In this document: positions 41,176 to 50,523 of the stretch, piece by piece
How positions within the stretch are numbered: the first letter of the stretch is position 1
Layout: every line of letters begins with the position of its first letter
DNA from: an uncultured Bacteroidota bacterium
GTDB taxonomy: Bacteria > Bacteroidota > Ignavibacteria > UBA10030 > UBA8401
Direction: 5' to 3'
Length of the DNA: 64,000 nucleotides
Assembly (NCBI GenBank): GCA_963717445.1
Contig: OY970334.1
Location: 901,798 to 965,797 of the forward strand
Position numbers and translations under genes: made by a program
Notes under the pieces: generated by a model
Seen by the model: the letters and a program-made list of their open reading frames with translations, nothing else
Database searches by the model: none
What the model was told of the DNA's origin: nothing

Positions 41176-41641
41176 TGTGGATGACGGTCATCTCAACCAT
41201 TATAATACTTGCAGCCGCGCTGTATGCTCGGATCATATTCATCAGTTGCTTCATCTACATTCCCCCTATATTTTTTGTTCTTTCTCAGTCAGATACTTTG
41301 TCGCATGCGAATACGTAAAGCCCTTTGAGCAAGTTGGCTGAGTCACTTACGGCCGCAGAAAATCAGGAAGAACAGTACAAGGCTCGGCTGTCAAAGATTC
41401 GTAGCGATAAGATTTTGCAGCCGGAGATGCCTACATCAATCTGCGTACATGGAATTACATCCACTGCTAGATTCACCGTCAGGTTTGAAATGTCTCTTCC
41501 CGATGCTTGATATTGTGCGAAAAACTTCGTACCTAGACTGTCGGCAGACAATTTCGGCGGTACCCTCAACCATAATTTTTCGAGTGGCTGAGAGGGAGAT
41601 TTGACCCGCTGTCCTACCGGTCTGCTCAAGGAGGAGAATAC

Positions 41642-43234
41642 ATGATATCGCGACGTGATTTTATCAAAGCATCCGCATTGGCAAGCGGTGCCGTATTCCT
41701 TAATATCCACAAAAGCTGGGGACACTCTTCAACTTCAGAATTTTTTGCTCTTAATGATTTTATTCAAACCCACCCCGATGCAGTTTTCATTCTGAGAACC
41801 AGCGTCGATGAGAAAACAGATACTTCCGCTCTCCTCGATGTAGGCCAGAAACTCGGGGCGACACTTTTCGTGAGCACGCCAGACCCTTCCGATGCATTCC
41901 CTATAACAACTGATATCATTATTAAACCGAATATCACGGCATGGGCGTGGGATATCCCGCCGATCGAACAAACAATGGGGATACAAACGGACCCCTACTT
42001 CGTCGAGGGAATGATCAACAGCCTTACGAATCTTGGCGCGGCCGATAAGAACTTGTTCATCCGCGAAGCTAATTATGACAGCTCGCGAACGGACGGGAAG
42101 TGGTACAGCGACCTTGCTTTACGAACCGGAGTCGACCTGAAAGTCTTCGATACAGTGAACAATCTTCCAGCCGCGGACCTTCAGTGGGTCGACGTTCCGA
42201 ACGGAGTATGGTACAATAAGATTCCCTATCTTTCTCCGGTCAACGCTCTCGGCTCTTGCCTCGTTAACATCGCAAAGTTCAAGTCTCACTCTATGGGGAT
42301 GACCCTCTGCTCGAAAAATATTCAAGGCACGAACGCACGCCCCTACGTAGCACACTGTACCGCATGGGGTACCGCGATGGCGGGTGTAGACCCAAGTAAT
42401 GTTGTCCCGGACGCATTCACAACCATCAAATCCAATTATGATCGGCACGTAGCGGAGAGTATTCCCCGATGGGATCTCCCTGGCGATGCGAGCGGCGGTC
42501 TCTGGATGGAAACACATACGGCGCGATGCCTTGACAATAATTCGATTTTGGAGCCGGTCATCAATATTATAGAGGGAGTCTACGGCAGGGAGGGTCCATT
42601 TGTCTCAGGTCCTGCGGACAACAACGGCTATGGCCGCAATATCATGACGAACGTTGTGATCTTCGGAAAGAACGCTCGGCATGTCGACATTATCGGGACG
42701 TATCTTGCAGGTCATGAGCCGGGAAATTTCGGACTTTTCCACATCGCCATCGAACGCGGCCTGTCAAAATATCTCGACCCATCTACCATTCCATTGTATG
42801 AGTGGAAGCTGGACGGATCCGCAACCTTAACGCCTCTTCAGAGTTTCCCCCGCACACCGATCAGAACATTGTATCTGCAGAAGGCCGGTGAACCGCAGTA
42901 TCACATGGTCGACGAACCGTACGACTACACAGGCTCAACGTTTGTCGCTTCTACAAAGCCGGACAAACCCGATGTCTTTCACATCTCCCAGAATTTTCCA
43001 AATCCGTTCAATCCTTCCACGTCAATTCAGTACTACATTCCAAAATCCGGAAATGTGAAGCTTGAGATCTTCGACGTCCGCGGATCGCTCATCGATGTTT
43101 TAGTTGATGGCTACGCGCTTGCCGGAGATCATGTTGCTGTTTGGAATTCACAGAGAAGAGCCACGGGGACGTATTTCTATCGTCTCCTCTACGAAGGGTT
43201 CAGCCAAACGAAACCGATGGTCCTTCTGAAGTAG
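41642..43234 (+). CDS. DUF362 domain protein with a twin-arginine signal and a T9SS C-terminal sorting domain
   Basis: MISRRDFIKASALASGAVFL has an SRRxFIK Tat motif. The central region is DUF362-like. The last roughly 85 aa, QNFPNPFNPSTSIQYYIPKSGNVKLEIFDVRGSLI...GTYFYRL...K, are a T9SS type-A C-terminal domain. Confidence 0.65.
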   Translation: MISRRDFIKASALASGAVFLNIHKSWGHSSTSEFFALNDFIQTHPDAVFILRTSVDEKTDTSALLDVGQKLGATLFVSTPDPSDAFPITTDIIIKPNITAWAWDIPPIEQTMGIQTDPYFVEGMINSLTNLGAADKNLFIREANYDSSRTDGKWYSDLALRTGVDLKVFDTVNNLPAADLQWVDVPNGVWYNKIPYLSPVNALGSCLVNIAKFKSHSMGMTLCSKNIQGTNARPYVAHCTAWGTAMAGVDPSNVVPDAFTTIKSNYDRHVAESIPRWDLPGDASGGLWMETHTARCLDNNSILEPVINIIEGVYGREGPFVSGPADNNGYGRNIMTNVVIFGKNARHVDIIGTYLAGHEPGNFGLFHIAIERGLSKYLDPSTIPLYEWKLDGSATLTPLQSFPRTPIRTLYLQKAGEPQYHMVDEPYDYTGSTFVASTKPDKPDVFHISQNFPNPFNPSTSIQYYIPKSGNVKLEIFDVRGSLIDVLVDGYALAGDHVAVWNSQRRATGTYFYRLLYEGFSQTKPMVLLK

Positions 43235-44018
43235 ATCATCCCGATTGTACAAATTGTGATTCAAGAGATGCTCGGTGTTGTTGAGCATGGATGGACGCTT
43301 ATATATAGAGACTTCTGAATTGTTTTAAAAGTATGGCTCACGCAATCCATAGCGATGGCTTCGCCAGACGTAAAGTGGCAAAATGATTTAACAACAGAGT
43401 CTTTGCGCCTTCGCGGCTTGGTGAGAGACAATTTTTCAGAAGCCTCATATATTTTTTAACACATACTTTTACTTAGTACCGCATTTCCTTTGCCAGCCCC
43501 TCTGAACAAAGACATAAATTTGATTCCATCATTATTTCGAAAGTGAGGGAAATTAATCAGCAACACGACGGTCTAATTTGTAAATGGCAAGGCGTAATCA
43601 TCGGAAACAGCGCAGTATAGTTCACCGGTAAGACTGGCAACGACTCACTTCTTCTAGAAGCTATCTCAAAAACGCTTGATTAAGTCCTTCTGAAGGAATA
43701 CTGACAGATCATTGTCATTCTGAACCCCGTCGCTTTTCAGACGGGGTGAAGAATCCATGACAATGACATCCCTTGACTCTACTAGGCTTCCATGTCATGG
43801 ATGCTTCTCCCGCCGCAAAACGGTGGGATCAGCATGACATTTACGGCTGCTTTCTGCATGAAAACCATTTTTGAGATGGCTTCTAGTTACGATCAACACT
43901 AGCGTGCCTGCTAACCAGTCGCTTCCGCCAAGAAACGGCGGGTCTCGAAACAAACGCTCGACAACCGATGAAACCGGCCGTCGACGATTTTGCTGCGCGA
44001 AACAACCGAAAAATAAAC

Positions 44019-44219
44019 ATGAAAACGTTTAGAAAATATGCTATTATGGTCTTCGTCGTTCTAGCTACTGTGCTCGGCACCGCGTGGTATTACGCTTCGC
44101 GCGAGCAGTTTATCCGAGTGTCATTGATTTGCTATGGTTTCTTGGTCGGCTACCTGGCAGCGTGGTTTCACATCGGACGCCGTCTAGAATTTAGAAAGTT
44201 TGGTAATGACTCATTTTGA
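44019..44219 (+). CDS. hypothetical small two-TM membrane protein (66 aa); its last codons lie inside the terminal repeat of element X
   Basis: The product is MKTFRKYAIMVFVVLATVLGTAWYYASREQFIRVSLICYGFLVGYLAAWFHIGRRLEFRKFGNDSF. The stop TGA at 44217-44219 falls inside the GGTAATGACTCATTTTGA terminal repeat. Confidence 0.3.
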   Translation: MKTFRKYAIMVFVVLATVLGTAWYYASREQFIRVSLICYGFLVGYLAAWFHIGRRLEFRKFGNDSF

Positions 44220-44754
44220 GAAAGAAAATCGAGTTTCTGAGGTTTAATGGAGTTAGTGTATGTTACTTTCTTTCCGAGGAAGTAACCAAAGAAATCTCTC
44301 GTCCGAAGGACCCCTTCGGGGAAATCGTAACACACGGATTCAATCCCAGCCGCACATGCCGTCAATTTCGGTGCAAGAGAGCGTCGAATATTTTGGTTTG
44401 ATGGTCAAGCGCCGAAATTGAAACCCTTCGATTGAATCCTTCCCGTCCGCAGACCTGACGATTTCGATTAATGTTGCAAAAGCTGCATGTGTTGTATCCT
44501 CGGAATCGGGGGCAGTGGGGGGTGGGGGCGATGCGCGCGTTGAGAAAACGGCTGGCATGTGCAGGTGGCAAGGGGGAGCCGTTTTCTCTTAGCTATGTGC
44601 AGGAAAGCATCGCCAGCATTCCGATTCCGAGAAGCTCTTCCCGCTTTCCAAAAATATGAAAGGCGGGATCCCGTACAGCGGGACTTTGCTTCTTTCTCTG
44701 GTACCAGAGAAAGAAGGATGACTTCAAGCCTATTATTCAAAATGAGTCACGACC
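44202..44754 (+). mobile_element. family-2 MITE-like structured element X (553 bp) with 18-bp terminal inverted repeats and an 8-bp target-site duplication
   Basis: The left terminus is GGTAATGACTCATTTTGA. The reverse complement of the right terminus is GGTCGTGACTCATTTTGA. It is flanked by the perfect direct repeat GAAAGTTT (44194-44201 and 44755-44762). It is about 85-90% identical to the reverse complement of 49894-50520. Confidence 0.65.
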
Positions 44755-44933
44755 GAAAGTTTTCAAGATTTTTATCGAATGATTCCGGAGCTTAGGAAAA
44801 CACGCCGCCGCTCTACATGATCCTCCGACTTCGCTTCCCGAAGGGATTCCTTGGGACATGATGACTATTTAATATTTTCTTTGAAAAAGCAAATTAGGAC
44901 ACTACCGAATATTTTAATTGATTAAGGTAATCC

Positions 44934-46283
44934 GTGAAAAGAATGTATCTTACTCTTTTGTTTATTTTAATAACCTCCGCTTCAACGCAAGCGCAATTCG
45001 ATCCGAAACAAATCGACAGCATTAAGATTGCTACAAATGAAGATTATCGATTGATGTTGAAACAGCTTAAGATCGATTCACTACGAGCAGGTCCATCCGG
45101 TAATCCAAAGGCACCCAATGCTGCAAATACCGATGAATCAAAAGCATCACCGTATACCTCTCTCCCCGACCCTCTACGATTAAATAACGGCGAGAAAGTA
45201 CGGGATGCAGAAACGTGGTGGAAAAAACGCCGCCCGGAAATAGTTGAATATTTTGATCGGGAGATCTATGGACGGGTTCCTAAGAATGTGCCGGAAGTTA
45301 CCTGGCACGTAGTGACGATAAAAAATGATACCGTAGAAAATATTCCGGTCATCGTTAAAAAATTATCGGGTCACGCCGACAACTCTTCGTTCCCCCCCAT
45401 CAGTGTCGATATACAATTAACGCTTACAATTCCGGAGAACGCTAAAACTCCGGTACCGGTTGTCATGGAATTCGGATTTGTTTTCCCTCCGGGGTTCAAA
45501 TTTCCCGAACCCCCTGCCGGCACGCCAAGGGAACCAAGCTGGCAATTCCAGGTGCTTTCAAAAGGGTGGGGCTACGCTATTCTTGTCCCAACAAGTTATC
45601 AAGCGGATTGGGGAGCCGGATTAATTAAAGGTATTATTGGTCTGACAAATAAAGGACAGCACAGAAAACCTGACGATTGGGGAGCACTAAGGGCATGGGC
45701 CTGGGGGGCAAGCCGTGCACTGGATTATTTCGAAACCGACAAATTCGTAAATGCAAAACAGGTGATCATTGAAGGTTTGTCGCGATATGGAAAAGCCGCA
45801 ATAGTGACAATGGCATACGATTCAAGGTTCGCATTGGCATTCATCGGATCTTCCGGAGCGGGCGGTGTTAAAATACTTCGGCGTGTCTACGGAGAGCAAG
45901 TAGAAAATCTGACTTCGTCCGGCGAGTATCACTGGTTCGCGGGTAACTTTTTAAAATATGCCGGTCATCTAAAAGTGAACGATCTACCGGTCGATGCGCA
46001 CGAGCTTGTCGCGTTGTGCGCTCCCCGTCCAGTATTTATTAGCTGCGGTTCTCCTGCGGTTGAAGGAGGATGGGTTGACGCAAAAGGCATGTTCCTGGGA
46101 GGCGCATACGCAAGTCCCGTCTATGAACTTCTGGGAAAAAAAGGATTAGGAACTTATGATTTTCCTCCAATTGAAACAGCCCTGATAAACGGTGAGATTG
46201 CATTTCGGCAGCATAAGGGGGGACATACAACCGGACCCAACTGGCCCTCTTTTTTAAAATATGCCGACAAGTACATTAAGTAA
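44934..46283 (+). CDS. glucuronoyl esterase (carbohydrate esterase family CE15)
   Basis: A signal peptide is followed by the GLSRYGK nucleophile motif (GCSRxG-like) and a conserved C-terminal HKGGHT region. Confidence 0.65.
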   Translation: MKRMYLTLLFILITSASTQAQFDPKQIDSIKIATNEDYRLMLKQLKIDSLRAGPSGNPKAPNAANTDESKASPYTSLPDPLRLNNGEKVRDAETWWKKRRPEIVEYFDREIYGRVPKNVPEVTWHVVTIKNDTVENIPVIVKKLSGHADNSSFPPISVDIQLTLTIPENAKTPVPVVMEFGFVFPPGFKFPEPPAGTPREPSWQFQVLSKGWGYAILVPTSYQADWGAGLIKGIIGLTNKGQHRKPDDWGALRAWAWGASRALDYFETDKFVNAKQVIIEGLSRYGKAAIVTMAYDSRFALAFIGSSGAGGVKILRRVYGEQVENLTSSGEYHWFAGNFLKYAGHLKVNDLPVDAHELVALCAPRPVFISCGSPAVEGGWVDAKGMFLGGAYASPVYELLGKKGLGTYDFPPIETALINGEIAFRQHKGGHTTGPNWPSFLKYADKYIK

Positions 46284-46364
46284 TGCACAATACGATATGA
46301 GAGTTTTCAAGTTTACGAGGAGTGGTTTACATCAATTATTTTACAAATAGCTTAGGAGGATAAC

Positions 46365-47393
46365 ATGAAAAAATTCTTTACACTCGCTGTCCTGCTTATC
46401 GGGACATGCTTCAGCGCAAATCTGCAGGCACAAACCTTTACGGTTCATAAATACAGCATCGATGGTGAAGGGGGTACGGATTATCTGACGGCTGAACCCG
46501 GAACGGGCCGTGTCTTTGTCTCGCGTGGCTTTCACGTTATGGTGCTCGACGCAAACACCGGCTCAGTGATTGGCGATATTCAGGACACACCGAATAATCA
46601 TGGAATCGCACTTGTTGCAAAATACAATCACGGGTTCATCACCAACCGTGGTGATTCCACAGTCACGATGTTCGATCTTACCACGCTTGCCATGATCAAA
46701 AAAATCAAGATTCCTGCCGGCGGACAAGATGGTATTATGTACGATGACTTCACTGACCGCATCATTCTGACCAATCATAGCAATCCTGGTACCGCTACTG
46801 CGATCGATCCAAACGCCGGAGTTATTACGGGAGAAGCCCAGCTTGAGGATAGTTCGCCCGAAGGCGCGGCAACGGATGGGAAAGGTAAACTTTTCATCAA
46901 CCTCGAAAGAAAGAACTCTATTCAGGTAGTCGACGCCAAAACATTGAAGGCTCTTGGTGTGTGGCCGTTAGATTCCTGCGAGGGACCGACCGGGATCGCT
47001 TACGACCGGACAACAGACAGAATCTTTTCCGGCTGCGGCAAAATTTCGGCAGTGGTGAACCCGGAAACCGGCAAGATTGTGGCGACGGTGCCAAACGGCG
47101 AAGGGGTTGACGCACTTGGATGGGATCCGTCCGAAAAGTTGATCTATATTCCAGCGGGCCGCGATAGCAGCGTAACAGTCGTGCACGAAGATTCACCCGA
47201 CCATTATACCGTCGTTGCTACGGTTACTACAATGACCGGTGCAAAAACAATTTCCGTCGATACGGTTAACCATGTGGCATATCTGTTCCAACCTCAATAC
47301 GGCCCCGCTCCGGCAGACGCACCGTTAGACCGAAACGGCCGCCGTCCACGTGGACCGGTCATAGGCGCATATCTCATTGTGATAAAACATTGA
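46365..47393 (+). CDS. YVTN-family beta-propeller repeat protein (secreted)
   Basis: A signal peptide is followed by repeated roughly 40-aa units with G..x..D / YVTN-like motifs. Confidence 0.55.
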   Translation: MKKFFTLAVLLIGTCFSANLQAQTFTVHKYSIDGEGGTDYLTAEPGTGRVFVSRGFHVMVLDANTGSVIGDIQDTPNNHGIALVAKYNHGFITNRGDSTVTMFDLTTLAMIKKIKIPAGGQDGIMYDDFTDRIILTNHSNPGTATAIDPNAGVITGEAQLEDSSPEGAATDGKGKLFINLERKNSIQVVDAKTLKALGVWPLDSCEGPTGIAYDRTTDRIFSGCGKISAVVNPETGKIVATVPNGEGVDALGWDPSEKLIYIPAGRDSSVTVVHEDSPDHYTVVATVTTMTGAKTISVDTVNHVAYLFQPQYGPAPADAPLDRNGRRPRGPVIGAYLIVIKH

Positions 47394-47523
47394 TACCAGA
47401 CCGAAAGCTGTGACGATTCATGCACTATGCAAATACAGATAGGTATCGTCGAACAACTGACATGCCCCATGTTTATATGCCAACGTTAAGTTACTAAATT
47501 TCCTCAGGCATTAACAGGTTCGG

Positions 47524-47800
47524 TCATAGGAAATTTTTGAAGGAACCAAGAAGTGACAATCTCTTGGCCGCCACTTCCTTCTTGCGGTCGATGACCTTTG
47601 CATATACCGCAGTCATAGCCAAATTTTTATGGCCAACAATTTACTGACGGTGTAAATATCCACACCGCCACATAGAGCGAGCGTAGCAAATGGATGACGG
47701 GCCTTAGGGAACAAAATCACCTTTTCGACTCCTGCTCTCTTTCGCCACGTTTTCAAAAACCTTGTCAACAGTGGATTGGCGAGGCAGCTTAACGATGATA
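47524..47800 (-). pseudogene. tyrosine recombinase (phage-integrase family) C-terminal remnant with at least 2 frameshifts
   Basis: Minus-strand translation reads ...KDIIVKLPRQSTVDKVFENV... then ...RAGVEKVILFPKARHPFATLALCGGVDIYTVSKLL in another frame, then GHKNLAMTAVYAKVIDRKK... in a third. Together these cover box II, RHxFAT...LLGH...Y, including the catalytic Tyr. The N-terminal part is absent and the remnant abuts the rbsK stop. Confidence 0.6.
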
Positions 47801-47803
47801 TCC

Positions 47804-48754
47804 TTAAACATTGACTGTTGTCGCATCGTTTCCCCTCATCTTACTCCGGAATGCATCGATTTCATTCCTAAAAGGCGCGGAAGGTTGCGCCCCCAATCTC
47901 GTGACGCAAATTGCCGCGGCTGCAGTCGCAAATCTTGCAGAGTCGGCAAGTGTCCACTTCTCAGAGAGTGCAACCGCCAGGCAGCCGCAATAAACGTCGC
48001 CGGCCGCCGTGGTATCCACTGCCTCAACATTGAAAGCCGGTATCCATTCGGATACACCGGAAGCTGCCACGTAGGAACCTTGTGCCCCCAACGTTATGAT
48101 AACTGTTTCACTTCCGAGCCTTAACAGCTCCTTCGCGGCAAGTTCAACGGATTCCCTCCCGGCAACGCTAATACCGGACAGCATTCCCGCCTCGATTTCA
48201 TTCACCACCAAAATCGATGCTTTCCTGAGATACGATTTGTCAAACTCTCTCGCCGGTGCGAAATTCCACAGAACTCTCGTCTTGTGTCTGCTGCAAACGT
48301 CAAGAATATATTTCAAAGTCTCAGGCAGGATCTCAAACTGGAGAACCACCATCGCGGCTTCTCCGATCAACGTCTCGGCTCTATCTATGTGTTGAGCTTT
48401 AAGCTTGTAGTTCGCGCCAGGCGCGACGGAAAGGTAGTTGGCACCCCGCTCTCCGATCATCACGAGGGCTTTTCCGCATGAAATGCCTTTCTCTTCAAAG
48501 ACACAATCAGTGTTGATCCCTTCATTCACAAAATGTTCCACCATCCGGTGCGAGCTATCATCGTCGCCGACACAATTCACGAAGCAGACATCGCCACCGG
48601 CTCTCGCGGCTCCGACCGCCTGATTGGCACCTTTTCCTCCGAAGGTCTCCATGAAGACCGCATCCGTGATCGTCTCGCCCACGCCGGGGAGCCTGGCCAT
48701 CTTCATGATATAGTCAACACTCGAGCTTCCGATAACAACAATAGGTTTTTTCAT
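47804..48754 (-). CDS. rbsK: ribokinase (PfkB family)
   Basis: GSSSVDY, GGKGANQAVA and the C-terminal TTAAGD...GA motifs are present. Confidence 0.8.
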   Translation of the reverse strand: MKKPIVVIGSSSVDYIMKMARLPGVGETITDAVFMETFGGKGANQAVGAARAGGDVCFVNCVGDDDSSHRMVEHFVNEGINTDCVFEEKGISCGKALVMIGERGANYLSVAPGANYKLKAQHIDRAETLIGEAAMVVLQFEILPETLKYILDVCSRHKTRVLWNFAPAREFDKSYLRKASILVVNEIEAGMLSGISVAGRESVELAAKELLRLGSETVIITLGAQGSYVAASGVSEWIPAFNVEAVDTTAAGDVYCGCLAVALSEKWTLADSARFATAAAAICVTRLGAQPSAPFRNEIDAFRSKMRGNDATTVNV

Positions 48755-48873
48755 AATTCGAAATGATTGAAAATTAGTATCACGCGAAGACGCAAAGCCG
48801 CGGCTTGACGACTCTGCCTAAGATATTTTTTTTGTTTTCTCAATAGTTCTATTCGTCAATCTCGTATTGACGA

Positions 48874-49875
48874 TCAGAGTTTTGCAGCGACGATAAGGCC
48901 CAGACCAATGATGAACGAGATGAACATGACTGCTAGATAACGTGTGATCGAAGAAGGGGCGCCCTTAAACTCTTTGAACACAAAGACACCCCATGCCGCC
49001 CCAATCATGGTGGACCCCTGCCCTAACCCATAAGAGATCGCAGGGCCGGCCTTGTCTGAAGCTATCAGGTTAAACAGAAGACCGGTATTGAAAATGAGAC
49101 CTCCGGCAAGACCTATCAAGTGCCGTTTCAGCGTCCCGTTAGCAAAATATTCTGAGTAAGTCGATTTATTTCCGTCCACAGGTTTGTACATGAAGTACGT
49201 ATTCCAAACAAAATTCGAAAGAAAAACGCCGATGGAAAAAATGAGCACGGCTGAATAAGGGGTGAGTTTCCCAGCCTCCGGTGTTACAAAATTCAGCGTC
49301 ATGCTGTCGGCAACGAACCTGTAAAAAAATCCCATGATGATTCCGGCAAAGACCGACAAGACAATGCCTTTGGTCGGAGAAGAGCCTCTCGATCCGGCAA
49401 CTTTCGAAGCGGCGACAGCGTTTACTGCCATTGCTATTACTACGAGCAATACTCCGATAAACAGCAGGTGCGGATTTCCTTCCGGTTGTTTGATGTAGTT
49501 CACCACAACGCCAATCACGAGCGCTAATCCAACGCCGATGGGAAAAGCAATTGATAATCCAGCCACCGATATCGCCGCAACGATGAGGAGGTTGGAAAGA
49601 TTAAAGACAATGCCTCCGATGACGGCCGAGAGGAGTGAACCGGAATCGGCCTGAATAAGATCAGCCAAGAAGCTTCTGCCATTAGAGCCCGTGCTTCCCA
49701 TCGTCAGCCCGAAGAGAAGCGCCGCAATAATCAACCCAAGAGCGTAGTCCCAATAAAACAGCGGAAATGGCCAGTCCTTTGTCGAAATCTTTGAAGTGTT
49801 TGCCCATGATCCCCAACAGAGCATTGTCACAACACAAAATGCAACGGCAACAGAATATTCATTTATGATGTACAT
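48874..49875 (-). CDS. GRP-family (glucose/ribose uptake, DMT superfamily) sugar transporter
   Basis: It has 10 TM helices and duplicated EamA-like halves. It is adjacent to and co-oriented with rbsK. The ATG giving MYIINEYSV was chosen over the TTG start of the listed ORF. Confidence 0.6.
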   Translation of the reverse strand: MYIINEYSVAVAFCVVTMLCWGSWANTSKISTKDWPFPLFYWDYALGLIIAALLFGLTMGSTGSNGRSFLADLIQADSGSLLSAVIGGIVFNLSNLLIVAAISVAGLSIAFPIGVGLALVIGVVVNYIKQPEGNPHLLFIGVLLVVIAMAVNAVAASKVAGSRGSSPTKGIVLSVFAGIIMGFFYRFVADSMTLNFVTPEAGKLTPYSAVLIFSIGVFLSNFVWNTYFMYKPVDGNKSTYSEYFANGTLKRHLIGLAGGLIFNTGLLFNLIASDKAGPAISYGLGQGSTMIGAAWGVFVFKEFKGAPSSITRYLAVMFISFIIGLGLIVAAKL

Positions 49876-49893
49876 GTTCAATGCCTTTCATTG

Positions 49894-50520
49894 GGTAGTG
49901 ACTCATTTTAAATGATAGTCTCGAAGTTACTCTTCTTTCTCTGGCGCCAGAGAAAGAAGCAAAGAGAGCTTCTCAGAATCGGAATGCTGGCGATGCTTTC
50001 CCACACACAGCCGGGAGAAAACTGCTCCCGCTTGCCACCTGGACATGCCAGCCGTTTTCTCAACGCACGCATCGCCCCCCCACCCCCACTGTCGCCGATT
50101 CCGAGGATACAACACATGCAGCTTTTGCAACAATAATCGAAATCGTCAGGTCGGCGGGTGGGAAGGATTCAATCGAAGGGTTTTCCCGAAAGGGATCCCT
50201 TGGGGACAATTTCGGCGCTTGACCATCAAACCACAATATTCGACGCTCTCTTGCGCCGAAATTGACGGCATGTGCGGCTGGGATTGAATCCGTGTGTTAC
50301 GATTTCCCCAAAGGGGTCCTTCGGACGAGAGATTTCTCCCGCTTTAAAAACAAAAAAGGCGGGATGCCGTAAAGCGGCATTTGGTTACTTTTCCCGCTTC
50401 TATTAAAAATTTTAAAGAGCGGGATCCCGTACAGCGGGACTTCCTCGGAAAGAAAGTAACATACACTAACTCCATTAGACCTCAGACGCTCGTTTTTCTT
50501 TCTCAAAATGAGTTGCTACC
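49894..50520 (-). mobile_element. family-2 MITE-like structured element Y (627 bp), inverted copy of X
   Basis: The left terminus is GGTAGTGACTCATTTTA. The reverse complement of the right terminus is GGTAGCAACTCATTTTGA. The right end lies 3 nt from the GH9 stop (50524). The left end lies 19 nt from the transporter start. Confidence 0.6.
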
Positions 50521-50523
50521 TTT

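Noticed and set aside
43700-44000. Possible CRISPR array suggested by recurring CCGCC...GGCGG hairpins
   Set aside because: There are only two or three units, with irregular spacing and non-identical repeats. No cas genes are present in the window.
44202-50520. X/Y elements as copies of a known ncRNA (tmRNA, RNase P, SRP, 6S or group II intron domain V)
   Set aside because: None of the diagnostic conserved strings are present. The terminal inverted repeats plus an 8-bp flanking direct repeat fit a transposable element better. A cis-RNA role is kept only as a secondary hypothesis.
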